This document shows, piece by piece, positions 46,509 through 56,924 of a stretch of 64,000 bases of DNA. The stretch is from a virus. Its lineage: Duplodnaviria > Caudoviricetes. How positions within the stretch are numbered: position 1 is the stretch's first letter; each line of letters opens with the position of its first letter. The notes under the pieces are model-generated. The model made no database searches and had not been told where the DNA came from. It was given only the letters and a program-made list of their open reading frames with translations. Position numbers and translations under genes: made by a program. The stretch is from IMG/VR virus record IMGVR_UViG_3300021255_002065, positions 64,001 to 128,000 of that record. The stretch is one strand, 5' to 3'.

Positions 46509-48855
46509 CTACATCATCTTCCTCAAGATCTTTCTTACCAAATAACTTGTGGCGTTTCTTCTTCGGTTTGAATTCTGGTTCATCATGATTTGATGTCATC
46601 TCACCATCATCTCTGCCTTTTCCATTTGTGAGAGCAGATTCTGTTTGTTCCAAACAACCAAGATATGTTTCCATGGTATTCATGACATATTTACCAAGAT
46701 CATCGATGGAATCAATCATTTCGACAAATGCATTACATGTATGCTGTACAGATGTATTCAGTTCTGCCAAACCCTTTTCTGTATCAGAAGCAATACTAAT
46801 ATTTCCTTCCTTCACAGCATTTTCCAATCCAGTAATCTTTTCCAAACCCTTTTCCAGTTTCTTTGTTTTCTCTGTCAATTTGGATGCGAGTTCTTCATAG
46901 AAATCAGCAATCTTAACAGCACCGGATTTCGCATTAAAGATAATACCAAGATTCAATTTACCATCCGGCATGTATGTTTCTTCCATCTGTTTGATCTTGG
47001 ATAGATATCCGGATACACAGGATTCATCTCCACTGCGCACACCAAGTGCAACACCTTCTGCAATATCAGCCCAATCATCGATATCGTCCATCATCTTGGA
47101 AATACCATTCATGTTTACGAGACCTTCCATGGTGATTTTATTTTGATTCATGGTAAGTACAGGCTTTGCATTTTTACCCATCTCTGGAGTTACCTTAGCA
47201 ACCTTATCTTTCCCTTGCTGGATGGCTGCACGAATTTTTTCGGGAGATTCTTCAATGGCTTCAGCCAATCTGGAAGTTAATGCACGAAGCATCGTATCTC
47301 GACCAAGTTCTTCTACTAATTTAGCACCTTCAGAAGCAATAAAGTCTGTTGGCTTCAAAGGTAACGGTTCGCCTTTCGCAATACTTGCAAGTGCGGCAGT
47401 TGCATAACCCGCACCACCAGCTAATGCCATCTTTGGCATATTTCTTGCTCTCTTTCTGATCTTTGCAATTTCACGATTGATCTTGACTTCAATACCGATT
47501 AACAAGCCTTTGTATGCAATAAAGGATTTGGTTTTGTGATAAAGCGTTTGTACAAGATTCTTGATGACCAGGAATGGCCAAGCAACAAGCTTGTATAATA
47601 CACCGCCCTTTTTCAAATCCTTGCTGGTACGATGTACAACGTTGCGAATGATTCCTTTACGAGGAACACCGTTCTTGAAATCGAGAATACGTTTTGCACC
47701 TTTTGCAACAGGCTTTACCAAACCAGAAGCGGTTTTGCCTGTACCACCGAAGAATCTTTCCTGTACGACTTCTTCACCATCTGCAATGGTTTCTTCATCA
47801 GATTCTACGACAACATCTTCACCATAGAAATCAGATAACATATATTCCTTATACAGATCATCAATCATGGATGTCATGATCTGACGTTCTGTTTTCAATT
47901 GATCTTCGGAAATCTGGTTAAAATAAGATTCCAATGCATATTCTTTTACAGTGTCATCATGTTCTATCATTCCAGGCTTGGGGGAATAGGAGGAAGACAC
48001 TTCTTCTTGTGTTAATGCAAGTCTTGCTTCTCTGATTTTTGCAGCTTTGTCTGCACCAGACATATTAGCTGAAGACTGCAACTTGCGAGCAGCATCTTCA
48101 CGTTGCTGTTTCATCTTTGCAAGTTCCGGATCATCGATATCCGCTTTCTTCTTTTTCTTAAAGACATCAAAGAAACCTTCTTCATCGAAATCTACATCTT
48201 CATCGGAGTCATCATCGGAAACACCTTTTTTCTTGGATGATTTCTTTTTGGATTTCTTGTCACACTCGTCATCATCACACTCATCGTCATCGCATTCTTT
48301 ATCATCACATTCATCATTATCCGAATCGAAATCATCATCTGTATCATCGTCTAAGTCAACATCTGTATCTGTTTTCTTAGATTTCTTTTTCTTGGATTTC
48401 TTTTTGGGTTTTTCATCGATGTCTTTGTCGAATTCATCGACATCATCGTCATCATCACATTCACCGTCTTCACATTCTTCTTCATCATCATCGAATTCAA
48501 GATCGGTATCTTGCTTCTTAGATTTTTTCGGTGTTGCTGCTTCGGTTGTTGTGTCGATATCGGATGAACTGGAATCATCATTTCCACCATCATCCATATC
48601 TCCAGCTGTATCATTTGCTGTAGTATCCGCAGATTCTCTTCCAAATCCAACTTTAGTGCCACAACCATCTCCACATTCTTCTACATCATCGACAACATCT
48701 CTTCTTTTGGATTTCTTTGCAGATTCTGTTCCGAATGTAATGCTCTTTCCATCTTTTGAACCACAACCATTACCACATTCCTTGAATTCATCAATCTCTT
48801 CATTGTTGGATTCTTGGAAGATGCTCTCATCATAATCTCTTCTTAAACGACTCAT
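46501..48855 (-). CDS. Internal head/core protein with long acidic, Lys-rich N-terminal region
   Basis: D/E tracts with ECDD repeats alternate with KKSKKK blocks; internal propeptide-like TERQIMTSMIDDLYKEYMLSDF; IFQE/S, YALE/S and VVVE/S sites. Confidence 0.55.
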   Translation of the reverse strand: MSRLRRDYDESIFQESNNEEIDEFKECGNGCGSKDGKSITFGTESAKKSKRRDVVDDVEECGDGCGTKVGFGRESADTTANDTAGDMDDGGNDDSSSSDIDTTTEAATPKKSKKQDTDLEFDDDEEECEDGECDDDDDVDEFDKDIDEKPKKKSKKKKSKKTDTDVDLDDDTDDDFDSDNDECDDKECDDDECDDDECDKKSKKKSSKKKGVSDDDSDEDVDFDEEGFFDVFKKKKKADIDDPELAKMKQQREDAARKLQSSANMSGADKAAKIREARLALTQEEVSSSYSPKPGMIEHDDTVKEYALESYFNQISEDQLKTERQIMTSMIDDLYKEYMLSDFYGEDVVVESDEETIADGEEVVQERFFGGTGKTASGLVKPVAKGAKRILDFKNGVPRKGIIRNVVHRTSKDLKKGGVLYKLVAWPFLVIKNLVQTLYHKTKSFIAYKGLLIGIEVKINREIAKIRKRARNMPKMALAGGAGYATAALASIAKGEPLPLKPTDFIASEGAKLVEELGRDTMLRALTSRLAEAIEESPEKIRAAIQQGKDKVAKVTPEMGKNAKPVLTMNQNKITMEGLVNMNGISKMMDDIDDWADIAEGVALGVRSGDESCVSGYLSKIKQMEETYMPDGKLNLGIIFNAKSGAVKIADFYEELASKLTEKTKKLEKGLEKITGLENAVKEGNISIASDTEKGLAELNTSVQHTCNAFVEMIDSIDDLGKYVMNTMETYLGCLEQTESALTNGKGRDDGEMTSNHDEPEFKPKKKRHKLFGKKDLEEDDVDA

Positions 48856-48871
48856 GATTATAATCTCTCCT

Positions 48872-49615
48872 TTACTCAGGTTTATTTGTATCGGACTTTA
48901 CATAGGTCTCTAAGAATTCATCATAATTCTTATCGACAATCTTAATGTAATTGATACTCGTCTTTTTCATCTCCACTTTCATTCTGGCATCTTTCAAATA
49001 TTCAATCTCACGAGCATGTTCCATTCGTGGATGGGTGTTATCTGATTCCTTGATTTCTACTTCTAATGATAAAGAAGGAATAAAAAAATCAGGAATGTAA
49101 AGATGGGTTGACCCATCTTTCCACTTGTACCAGTAATTATTAGGAGAAGGTGCGATAATGTCATCGGGAGACCAGTCCAAACTTTTCAATTGATTTAAAA
49201 AGTCTGACTCATAAGTTCCGATAACATGAAATTGATGTGTGTCATCCCAAATATAATCTTTTGACATAGGATGATTATGAATCATCTTACGTTGCATCTC
49301 TGCATCATTGAGCAAATGTTCTTTTCCATATACATTCACCATACGTTGTTTCATTTGATGAACATACGCTTCTTTACATGCGGGATTATCACACAACCTC
49401 TCATACTTCAATGTCTCTTTATTAAAGTGAACCTGGTTCTTTCGACACATCAAACATAATCTTCCCACTGGCTTGTGAACCAGTAATGAATATGCAAATT
49501 CCAATGGTTCATTTTCATCTGGAATTTGGTCATTATGTTGATATGCGATATGATGGCAATATGCATGTTTGTCATCAAAGATTCGATTACAAAAAAGACA
49601 TCTCGTGTTACGCAT
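48872..49615 (-). CDS. Zinc-finger PD-(D/E)xK nuclease (TnsA/head-completion-like)
   Basis: CLFC..H...H and CLMC..C....C; YE..F; YIPDF...VEIK catalytic motif. GGAAAGGCGGTG RBS precedes ATG 49615; the frame is also open from ATG 49741. Confidence 0.7.
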   Translation of the reverse strand: MRNTRCLFCNRIFDDKHAYCHHIAYQHNDQIPDENEPLEFAYSLLVHKPVGRLCLMCRKNQVHFNKETLKYERLCDNPACKEAYVHQMKQRMVNVYGKEHLLNDAEMQRKMIHNHPMSKDYIWDDTHQFHVIGTYESDFLNQLKSLDWSPDDIIAPSPNNYWYKWKDGSTHLYIPDFFIPSLSLEVEIKESDNTHPRMEHAREIEYLKDARMKVEMKKTSINYIKIVDKNYDEFLETYVKSDTNKPE

Positions 49616-49702
49616 AATGCGATCACCGCCTTTCCATTCGTAATGAAAGGTTTTAGCTTTTCGTTGTTGAGAAATATAAAGAACCTTTTTGATATAAAAA
49701 AT

Positions 49703-49772
49703 AAAAGAAAAAAGCAGGAGAGTCAATATACGATAATTCATATACTCACTCTCCTGCTTTTCTGCAGGATGA
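49703..49772 (-). terminator. Long-stem terminator/attenuator (copy B)
   Basis: TCCTGCAGAAAAGCAGGAGAGTGAGTATATGAATTATCGTATATTGACTCTCCTGCTTTTTTCTTTT on minus; homologous to 11198-11268. Confidence 0.7.
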
Positions 49773-50483
49773 TTATTTCTTGATGATTTTGCCATCGGAG
49801 ATTCCAAATACTTCTCCGAGTTCCTTTGACATCAGATACCACCTTTCTTCATACTCACCCTTATAGTGGTGAGCCACATGATATGATGAAAGTGGATATA
49901 CATCCTTGTCCTCCAATGGACCACAGGTCCACTCTGGGCAGCCATAGCGGCCGCGTAAATATGCTCTTCCGGCCACGAGGCCTTTTGATTCAGCGAACAT
50001 GCCGAAACATGCGCCTTCATCAAGATGCCCGTCGTGACTCAGACATTCCTGATTTCTCAGGTTTGCCTTTTTGAAGCTGACCCATTCTCCCCAGAGGCCA
50101 TCTGCCTCTGACTGCTTTTCAGCAGCTTCAGCAGCAGCCTGAGTTTCCTTGACCCACTCACTGTTTGGGTGTACAGTGATGAGGTCTGCTGAACCAGCAC
50201 CTGCGTGATGCAATTCGAAAGTGTCAAATACACCCTTTGATACATTCACGCATAATCCTGCCACCGTCCAGAAACTATCCATTCCTGCAATGGATTTTCT
50301 TGAAACCTTGCATTTCAGCCCTCTAGACGCAAGGAATCCCTTGAACATTTCTAATGTAGAAATGTACTTGTGTCCAAGATCCCAATCGAACTTTGCGTAT
50401 TGGGATTCTTCCGGGTTCTTGCAATCTTCAATCTCATAAAATTTTTCCCAAGCCTTGTAAAGTGCAGAATTGAATTGTGTCAT
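49773..50483 (-). CDS. Hypothetical accessory protein (single-gene cassette)
   Basis: AAAAGGAGG RBS before MTQFNS; visibly higher GC than its flanks. Confidence 0.7.
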   Translation of the reverse strand: MTQFNSALYKAWEKFYEIEDCKNPEESQYAKFDWDLGHKYISTLEMFKGFLASRGLKCKVSRKSIAGMDSFWTVAGLCVNVSKGVFDTFELHHAGAGSADLITVHPNSEWVKETQAAAEAAEKQSEADGLWGEWVSFKKANLRNQECLSHDGHLDEGACFGMFAESKGLVAGRAYLRGRYGCPEWTCGPLEDKDVYPLSSYHVAHHYKGEYEERWYLMSKELGEVFGISDGKIIKK

Positions 50484-50615
50484 AGTAATTCCTCCTTTTC
50501 GGAATCCCCAATGATCGACTCGGGTATATATGCATTCAACCTGAGTATACCATGACATGATCATGGAGATATAATATTATTATTGATATATTTCTATATC
50601 ATATTAATTATATTT
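50484..50615 (-). promoter_or_regulatory. Putative early promoter plus structured leader (copy B)
   Basis: Homologous to 9650-9783 with compensatory stem changes. Confidence 0.7.
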
Positions 50616-50647
50616 ATATGAAAAAATAAAATAATAGAGACAGATGA

Positions 50648-50667
50648 GGTGGGCCAATTGGCCCACC
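50648..50667. terminator. Perfect palindrome hairpin
   Basis: GGTGGGCCAATTGGCCCACC between divergent units. Confidence 0.5.
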
Positions 50668-50740
50668 AAACGAGATGTTAACTTTGTCCATATACCTTTT
50701 ATATATGGAGAAAAATTATGTAGTAAAGGAGATTTATCAT

Positions 50741-53700
50741 ATGCAATTAAATGAGATAAAGTATGATGCGAAAAATAATGAGCCAAAACGTGAATTTGCA
50801 TTCAGTCAAGAATTCCCGAATGAGATTGAATTGGCATTAAAAGCATTTGATCGCGTCTTTAAAGAATTGACATCCATCTCCAATGGGAAGATCGAATTCT
50901 CCGAAGAATATGGTGTTGTCAATAACTTGTACAAGTTCCGTTATATTACACCATCTGATGTTGCAACTTACACTTCTAATCTAATTAAGGTATTGAAGAA
51001 TCACATGATCTGTCCGCATGTGACAGATTTACAGAAGTTTTCTGTTGTATGTGCAAAGCAATACGTGGAAGACCATGGCTGTGTTCCAATTGAACATTCT
51101 TCCATCTATGGTTTGTACAATTACACCACTGACAATATGACGCTACGAGATTTGTTGGTTCTTTGTGAAAATGACTTCTATCATACCACGGTTGTTTCTA
51201 GATTTGAAATGCAAGAACGTGTGAAAGTGATGAAGGAAGATTATAAAAAGATTGCCGACATGCATTTCAATACCAATATCATGAAGATTGTGGATGGTTT
51301 ACCGAAACTCATCACACAAACTGATTTCTTGGAATTAACTTATGTGGAACAGAAAGCAGTTCAAACATTCATTGAAGAATTCATTCTGTTTACGATTATG
51401 CTGAATACAATCATCATGAGTAACATGATCTTCTTCTGTGTTCCAAAATCCACATATGATACAAAATTCATTGAAAAGAAAGAGCACGTGGATTCCAACA
51501 CATTATTGGATGATGCCGATATGGACGATGGTGGATTGTATACGGAAGCAGTTGACACATCGAAATATAAACCTGTATACATTGTTCTGATGAGTGGAAA
51601 CGGTGCCATATCAAAAGCGGTACAGAAAACCACACTCAGTTCCATATCACATGCTGGAATTTCATTTGATTCTTCCATGAATCGAATTTATTCATTCGGC
51701 ATGTTCAATAAGAATCGTACCGAAGACGCTCCACGTAAAAATGGATTCCGTATTGATTCTTTCTTTACGGAAAATCACAAAGATGTCACCATGAGTGTAT
51801 ATGCCGGATACATGTCAAATGAAAATTATAACAAAATGAAATCTTTTGTGGAAGATAATTATGTCGGTGATAAAAAGACGGATTATTCATTGGGAACAAT
51901 CTGGAAGCAGTTGTGGCATTCTGACAAAGAATCTCGAAAACCGAAAGACATGGCATTTGTATGTTCCACATTTGTCGATCGTGTATTAAAAGAAGCTGGC
52001 GTAAATGTTACTGGAAAGCACCTACCATCCCCACAAGACTTCGACAGAAGTATGGCAAATGACATGGTGCATTTCGAACGTGTGTTCAATGGAAAACCCG
52101 AACACTTCGATGAACAAGATATGCTGGATCGTGTGAAGAACTTTGCAAAATATAAGAAAACCAGCAACGCAGATGCTGTGGTAACAGAAGCTGTCGATAC
52201 ATCGAAAACAAAACCGATTTATGTGGTATTGACAGAGGGTGTGGAATTTGTATCCGACCAAGTAAAACGTCACACGCGTTCTCGTTATTCCCATTCCGGT
52301 TTGTCATTTGATGATTCCTTGCATCATGTTTATTCATTTGGCTTAATGAATCCCGTGAATAAAGACACAATTGTTCGAAATGGTTTCCGTATGGATGATA
52401 TGTTCTCCGACCATCACAAGGGTATTCGATTCACTGTCTTTGTTGCATTTGTTTCCAATGATAAATGGAATACGATGAAGAAATATGCAGACCATGTGAA
52501 AAATAGTCCTAAGTCTAAATACTCACTTGGTATTATTTGGAGACAATTGTGGAATGATGAAAAACCACATAAGAGTGATACCGCACCTGATCATGAACTA
52601 AAAGAAGTTTGTTCCACCTTTGTCAATAGTATTCTGAAATCTGCGGATATTGATTTGACGAAAAAGGTACTTCCAGCACCTGCTGATTTTGAAGCAAACA
52701 TGCTTGTGAGAATGAATCAATTCAGTCAAGTGTTCTCTGGCACATCTGATCAATTCAAGATGGATGAATTCCGTTCTCGTGTAAAAGACTTTGCAAAACG
52801 TGAAGAAACCAAGAAACTTGCAAAAGGTGATGTCATTACAGAATGCTGCTTATTAAAGACCAATCGTTCTCGTCACTTCAACAAGATTCCTTTTGATATC
52901 AATATGAGAAATATTGTATTGCAAGATATGCATCCAAAGTTCAAAGATACGGTTGCAGCAATTGAATATATTACAAAAGACACACGTTCCCCATTTGCAC
53001 AACTCATTTATCGTTATGGCAGTCCTTCCAAGGTATTAGATGGAATGGATGGTATGATGATTTGTCGTATGTTTATCAACGATCCATGTGCAAGATGCGG
53101 ATGTTATGATGAATATGAAAATCAATTACATCAAGCCGACTTCCATACGGATGTATGTTGGTTAGATCGTATTGCGTTTGGTAACAATTTCCAAGATGGT
53201 AATTACAGAACCGATGCATTAGGATTGGAACATCGTCATCCGATTAAACAAACATTGGAAACGTTGTATCACATGTTCAGTGAAACAAGACTGAAAACGA
53301 AAGAAGAATTGTGTAATCACATTCTCAAGATTGCACATGTGATGAAAGGCATCATTGACTGTTATGGAAGTAACGGATTATACAATTGGGAACTGGTACG
53401 TGATATCTTGACTGTATTGGGTGAAATCATGACAAGAAGCATGATCAAACTATATGACAGACATATGGCTTTGGTTGTATCTGATAACATGGATGATGTG
53501 GATGCTCCTGGATATATGTATACAGAAGCATTTGTATTGGAAGCAGATGAACATGAACCAAAGGTTGTGGAAACTGGTAATGACGGAAAACCAACTGGCG
53601 GTGGTGGAAATGGTCAAGTGACATCTGCACAAGCTGAACAAAAGAAAAGCTGGTGCAAACGGATGCTTGATGAATTCACCAAATGGGTACAAGGTACCTT

Positions 53701-54700
53701 GACGAAAGTTGCTGAAAAATTCAAAGGTAATTATAAAGCACAAGTGGGTTATGTTGCTGCAAATAAGACAATGAATGAACAGATCAAAACAGATTTGGGA
53801 AATGGTTCATTCAAACCAAAAGTTGAAGATTGGCCGAAGTATAATATTCCCATCAAAGAGATTGGACAGAAGAAATTATCCGAGGTCATCAAACCTTGGT
53901 TGGATGGTACGGCAAAAGAACCGCTTACAGCACTTAGTGTGAAGAAAGCATTCTATCCAGAAGCAGTTGCAGCTGTTATTACAGAATCTTATGTATTGGA
54001 ATCTGGTCAAACAACACAAATTCAAGCACCACAAGGACAACCCGCAAATGTTGGAAAGGCAGCACTTGCGGCAAAAAATGTGAAAGCAAATTTAAATGCA
54101 GCATTACAATCCAAAATAGATGCTCCAAAGAAGTTTGAACCAGACAGCGAAAATGGTAAGAAATTACAAAATTTCTTCTTGTTTGGTAAACCGGATGCAT
54201 CCAATGCTAACTATTCCAATGAATTAACTCCGGAATTATGGCAAGATACCATTAATAATATTCTGAATTGCGACAAAGCAGTTTCCGTTGGTATCAAAGA
54301 AATTACTGCTGATATCAAATCCACAAGTGATGAATTGAAATCGAAATTGGCTGCCTTAAAAGAAGCAAATGCAAACGCCGGTGAAGCACAAGGTGATGCT
54401 GCAAATGCAAATAACACGGGTAATGCAGATATTACTCGCTTGGAAGATCTGATTAAAATTGTTACCGAAATTTCAAATGAATATAGTATTGGATTTGCTC
54501 ACAGTATGCAAGATGCATTCTTTGTGACTTCTTACAAATTATATTCCGATATTATCAAAAAATACAAAGATGCTTCTGGTAGCTTCGAGCAGCAACAACC
54601 AAATGCCAATGCACAACCGGCACAAAAACCAGCATCTGCAAACGCAGCACCAGCAGCTCCTGCTCAGCCGGCCGCAAATGCACAAGCTCAACCCGCATAA
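50741..54700 (+). CDS. Virion polyprotein with two permuted papain-like (NlpC/P60, YiiX/YaeF-type) domains
   Basis: Two repeats starting TEAVDTSK.KP.Y.VL with SH[AS]G[IL]SFD...YSLG...CSTFV...P.P.DF (His before Cys); C-terminal amphipathic helix region. Confidence 0.75.
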   Translation: MQLNEIKYDAKNNEPKREFAFSQEFPNEIELALKAFDRVFKELTSISNGKIEFSEEYGVVNNLYKFRYITPSDVATYTSNLIKVLKNHMICPHVTDLQKFSVVCAKQYVEDHGCVPIEHSSIYGLYNYTTDNMTLRDLLVLCENDFYHTTVVSRFEMQERVKVMKEDYKKIADMHFNTNIMKIVDGLPKLITQTDFLELTYVEQKAVQTFIEEFILFTIMLNTIIMSNMIFFCVPKSTYDTKFIEKKEHVDSNTLLDDADMDDGGLYTEAVDTSKYKPVYIVLMSGNGAISKAVQKTTLSSISHAGISFDSSMNRIYSFGMFNKNRTEDAPRKNGFRIDSFFTENHKDVTMSVYAGYMSNENYNKMKSFVEDNYVGDKKTDYSLGTIWKQLWHSDKESRKPKDMAFVCSTFVDRVLKEAGVNVTGKHLPSPQDFDRSMANDMVHFERVFNGKPEHFDEQDMLDRVKNFAKYKKTSNADAVVTEAVDTSKTKPIYVVLTEGVEFVSDQVKRHTRSRYSHSGLSFDDSLHHVYSFGLMNPVNKDTIVRNGFRMDDMFSDHHKGIRFTVFVAFVSNDKWNTMKKYADHVKNSPKSKYSLGIIWRQLWNDEKPHKSDTAPDHELKEVCSTFVNSILKSADIDLTKKVLPAPADFEANMLVRMNQFSQVFSGTSDQFKMDEFRSRVKDFAKREETKKLAKGDVITECCLLKTNRSRHFNKIPFDINMRNIVLQDMHPKFKDTVAAIEYITKDTRSPFAQLIYRYGSPSKVLDGMDGMMICRMFINDPCARCGCYDEYENQLHQADFHTDVCWLDRIAFGNNFQDGNYRTDALGLEHRHPIKQTLETLYHMFSETRLKTKEELCNHILKIAHVMKGIIDCYGSNGLYNWELVRDILTVLGEIMTRSMIKLYDRHMALVVSDNMDDVDAPGYMYTEAFVLEADEHEPKVVETGNDGKPTGGGGNGQVTSAQAEQKKSWCKRMLDEFTKWVQGTLTKVAEKFKGNYKAQVGYVAANKTMNEQIKTDLGNGSFKPKVEDWPKYNIPIKEIGQKKLSEVIKPWLDGTAKEPLTALSVKKAFYPEAVAAVITESYVLESGQTTQIQAPQGQPANVGKAALAAKNVKANLNAALQSKIDAPKKFEPDSENGKKLQNFFLFGKPDASNANYSNELTPELWQDTINNILNCDKAVSVGIKEITADIKSTSDELKSKLAALKEANANAGEAQGDAANANNTGNADITRLEDLIKIVTEISNEYSIGFAHSMQDAFFVTSYKLYSDIIKKYKDASGSFEQQQPNANAQPAQKPASANAAPAAPAQPAANAQAQPA

Positions 54701-54721
54701 TGAATGAAAGGAGAATTCTCC

Positions 54722-56914
54722 ATGTTGAAATATCAAAAGGAGATTGTCAACATTCCCGAATTTAATCAACATGCAAAACAGAAAGTAGAAGAAATCATAT
54801 CCGGTTCGCCGGATATGATTACTGCTTTGGAATGCGTTGGTGCCATGTATGGTATTCCACCCACACATTTCACTGTTGAGCCAGAGATTAAAACATTACG
54901 AATTGTTGATGATCATGTTATGACACCACCAGATGTTCGTCCGAATACAAAAGCAATCGTATGTAGTATTGGTGGTGTATTAGATCATATCTCACAGAGA
55001 GTCAATGATAAATTAGACGAATGCCATGATGCAGAAACGAATGAAGGAAGATTACATCCTCATGTTTCTCAAAATGCAAATCCCAATAAAGGAGAAGTCA
55101 TCGAACGTCATGTAGATGCAAATGGTGACGAAATTCTCGTATATGATTCTGGATTGATGGATCTTCCCAATACAAAAGAAGGACATCTAAAAGCAGATGA
55201 ATTACGTGAAAAGAATAAAATACCAGAATTCAAACAAGATGAATTTAATAAGAAAAAGGATGATTACTTCAAAAAAGAAGATGCGATTGAATTAGAATTC
55301 ATGGCAAATATTGATTTGGATTTGGCATGTGATAATGAACCACGTCCAACTGATATGGCAAAACTCATTCAAGAAAATGCATTTCATTTGGATTTGATTT
55401 CCCATTATCATGATACGGATTATCTTGGTTATGAACTGTTACAAGAACAGGGATTTGATTATGTAAAACCAACAGAATCCTTTGCTTTGGAAGCGGGTGT
55501 GGAAAATGAGAAACCCAAGGTCAATCCAGAAGATATCAAACATATGAAGTTTGACAATACCCATATTACAAATGCAATCAAGTGTTTCAATATGGCACGT
55601 GACGAACAAGCCGACAAAGAAAAAGGTATGTTTGATTTGGATCGATTCACATCTTCTCAACATTACAAGCGTGGCATCAATGAATTGGAGAAACAGTTTG
55701 ATTGTAAACTCAGTGTGCATTTCAAAGATAATGTAAAAGAAGCAGATAAAACCAATCTGTTCACATTAGTATTCGATCACCAGCATTCTGATAAGATTTA
55801 TGTATCCAAATCCAAAGGTTTCCAATTAAATGGATTACCCATCACAATTGTTTGTGTAAATAATGCAATCGACGAAGAGATGACAAAGAATGCAGATAAG
55901 GATCTATTTGGTCAATTCATGTGTGCTTCCTTGTGTCATGAGATATTCCATAATGTTGTAAATGCCATCAGATGTAAAACGAACATGTTTATTTATACAT
56001 CTACAAGTGCAATGGCAATGGCTTTAAATACAACAGATGCTGGTACACGTCGAGAGATCTTTTCTAAGTTTGCAGATACCGTTGTAATCCAAGGCAAGAA
56101 TCTGAATGATATGGAAAAGAAGAAACTAATCAAAAAGCTTTGTTACATTTCTGCATTGTCTGATAACCAACAGGAATTGACGAAGATCCAGAATGCATTG
56201 GATCATTCTAATTCCATCAGTGATGCAGATCAACAAGTGGATGCATTGATTGCTCGATATGAAAAAGCAATTGCACAATATCAGAAGAAGATTCCACATG
56301 CTACCAAGAAAGGGAATAAATACATCAATAATCCAAGTGGTTATAAAATCTTAAATAAGATTGCAACTGGATTAAGTTGTTCCATCATCGGTGCTCCGAT
56401 TGGATTACCGATGTTAAAGCTATTACCAAACAGAAGTGATGCGGCATTGGCACAAGCATATGCGGATTATCTGAATCATACCAACAAAGAAGAATACTAT
56501 TGTGACATGTTTGCTGGCATGTATAATCTTCCATTATCATTCACCTATGGCTATACCAAACGTGACTTTGCAGCAAATGATATTTCCGATGATCGTTTGA
56601 AGTATTTACAAGATTTGGAAAAGCAACTCCGTCAGTTTACCTTATCACCATATCCGACAAATAGTGAGCGGAACTATGCAGCTTACCAAATTGCAAAAAC
56701 CATTCTGAGTGGAAAAGAAAAGATTTCACCCGAGGTAAAACGGTATTGTGAATGGATTGTCAATAACTATTCCAAGATTAGCAGTGCAAATGTGGAAAAT
56801 AATTATAACAAGACAACATTTGATCCAAAAGAAGCGCATGACTTAGATGAACATGTACAGAATTTAATTCTGAATAATAGCATTCCTGTGACGGAATCAT
56901 ATCGAATGAATTGA
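54722..56914 (+). CDS. Probable virion zinc metalloprotease
   Basis: LCHEIFHN (HExxH), EEYYCDMFA third-ligand motif, YP...ER; FALE/A and LIQE/N sites. Confidence 0.7.
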   Translation: MLKYQKEIVNIPEFNQHAKQKVEEIISGSPDMITALECVGAMYGIPPTHFTVEPEIKTLRIVDDHVMTPPDVRPNTKAIVCSIGGVLDHISQRVNDKLDECHDAETNEGRLHPHVSQNANPNKGEVIERHVDANGDEILVYDSGLMDLPNTKEGHLKADELREKNKIPEFKQDEFNKKKDDYFKKEDAIELEFMANIDLDLACDNEPRPTDMAKLIQENAFHLDLISHYHDTDYLGYELLQEQGFDYVKPTESFALEAGVENEKPKVNPEDIKHMKFDNTHITNAIKCFNMARDEQADKEKGMFDLDRFTSSQHYKRGINELEKQFDCKLSVHFKDNVKEADKTNLFTLVFDHQHSDKIYVSKSKGFQLNGLPITIVCVNNAIDEEMTKNADKDLFGQFMCASLCHEIFHNVVNAIRCKTNMFIYTSTSAMAMALNTTDAGTRREIFSKFADTVVIQGKNLNDMEKKKLIKKLCYISALSDNQQELTKIQNALDHSNSISDADQQVDALIARYEKAIAQYQKKIPHATKKGNKYINNPSGYKILNKIATGLSCSIIGAPIGLPMLKLLPNRSDAALAQAYADYLNHTNKEEYYCDMFAGMYNLPLSFTYGYTKRDFAANDISDDRLKYLQDLEKQLRQFTLSPYPTNSERNYAAYQIAKTILSGKEKISPEVKRYCEWIVNNYSKISSANVENNYNKTTFDPKEAHDLDEHVQNLILNNSIPVTESYRMN

Positions 56915-56924
56915 GGTGACAAAT

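Noticed and set aside
48047-48835. 262-aa Ser/Phe-rich plus-strand ORF
   Set aside because: Mirror of the Asp/Glu/Lys-rich minus-strand gene.
48872-49615. TnsA-like nuclease as evidence of a Tn7 element
   Set aside because: No tnsB/tnsC or terminal repeats nearby; the position in the morphogenesis region fits a phage head-completion or free-standing nuclease better.
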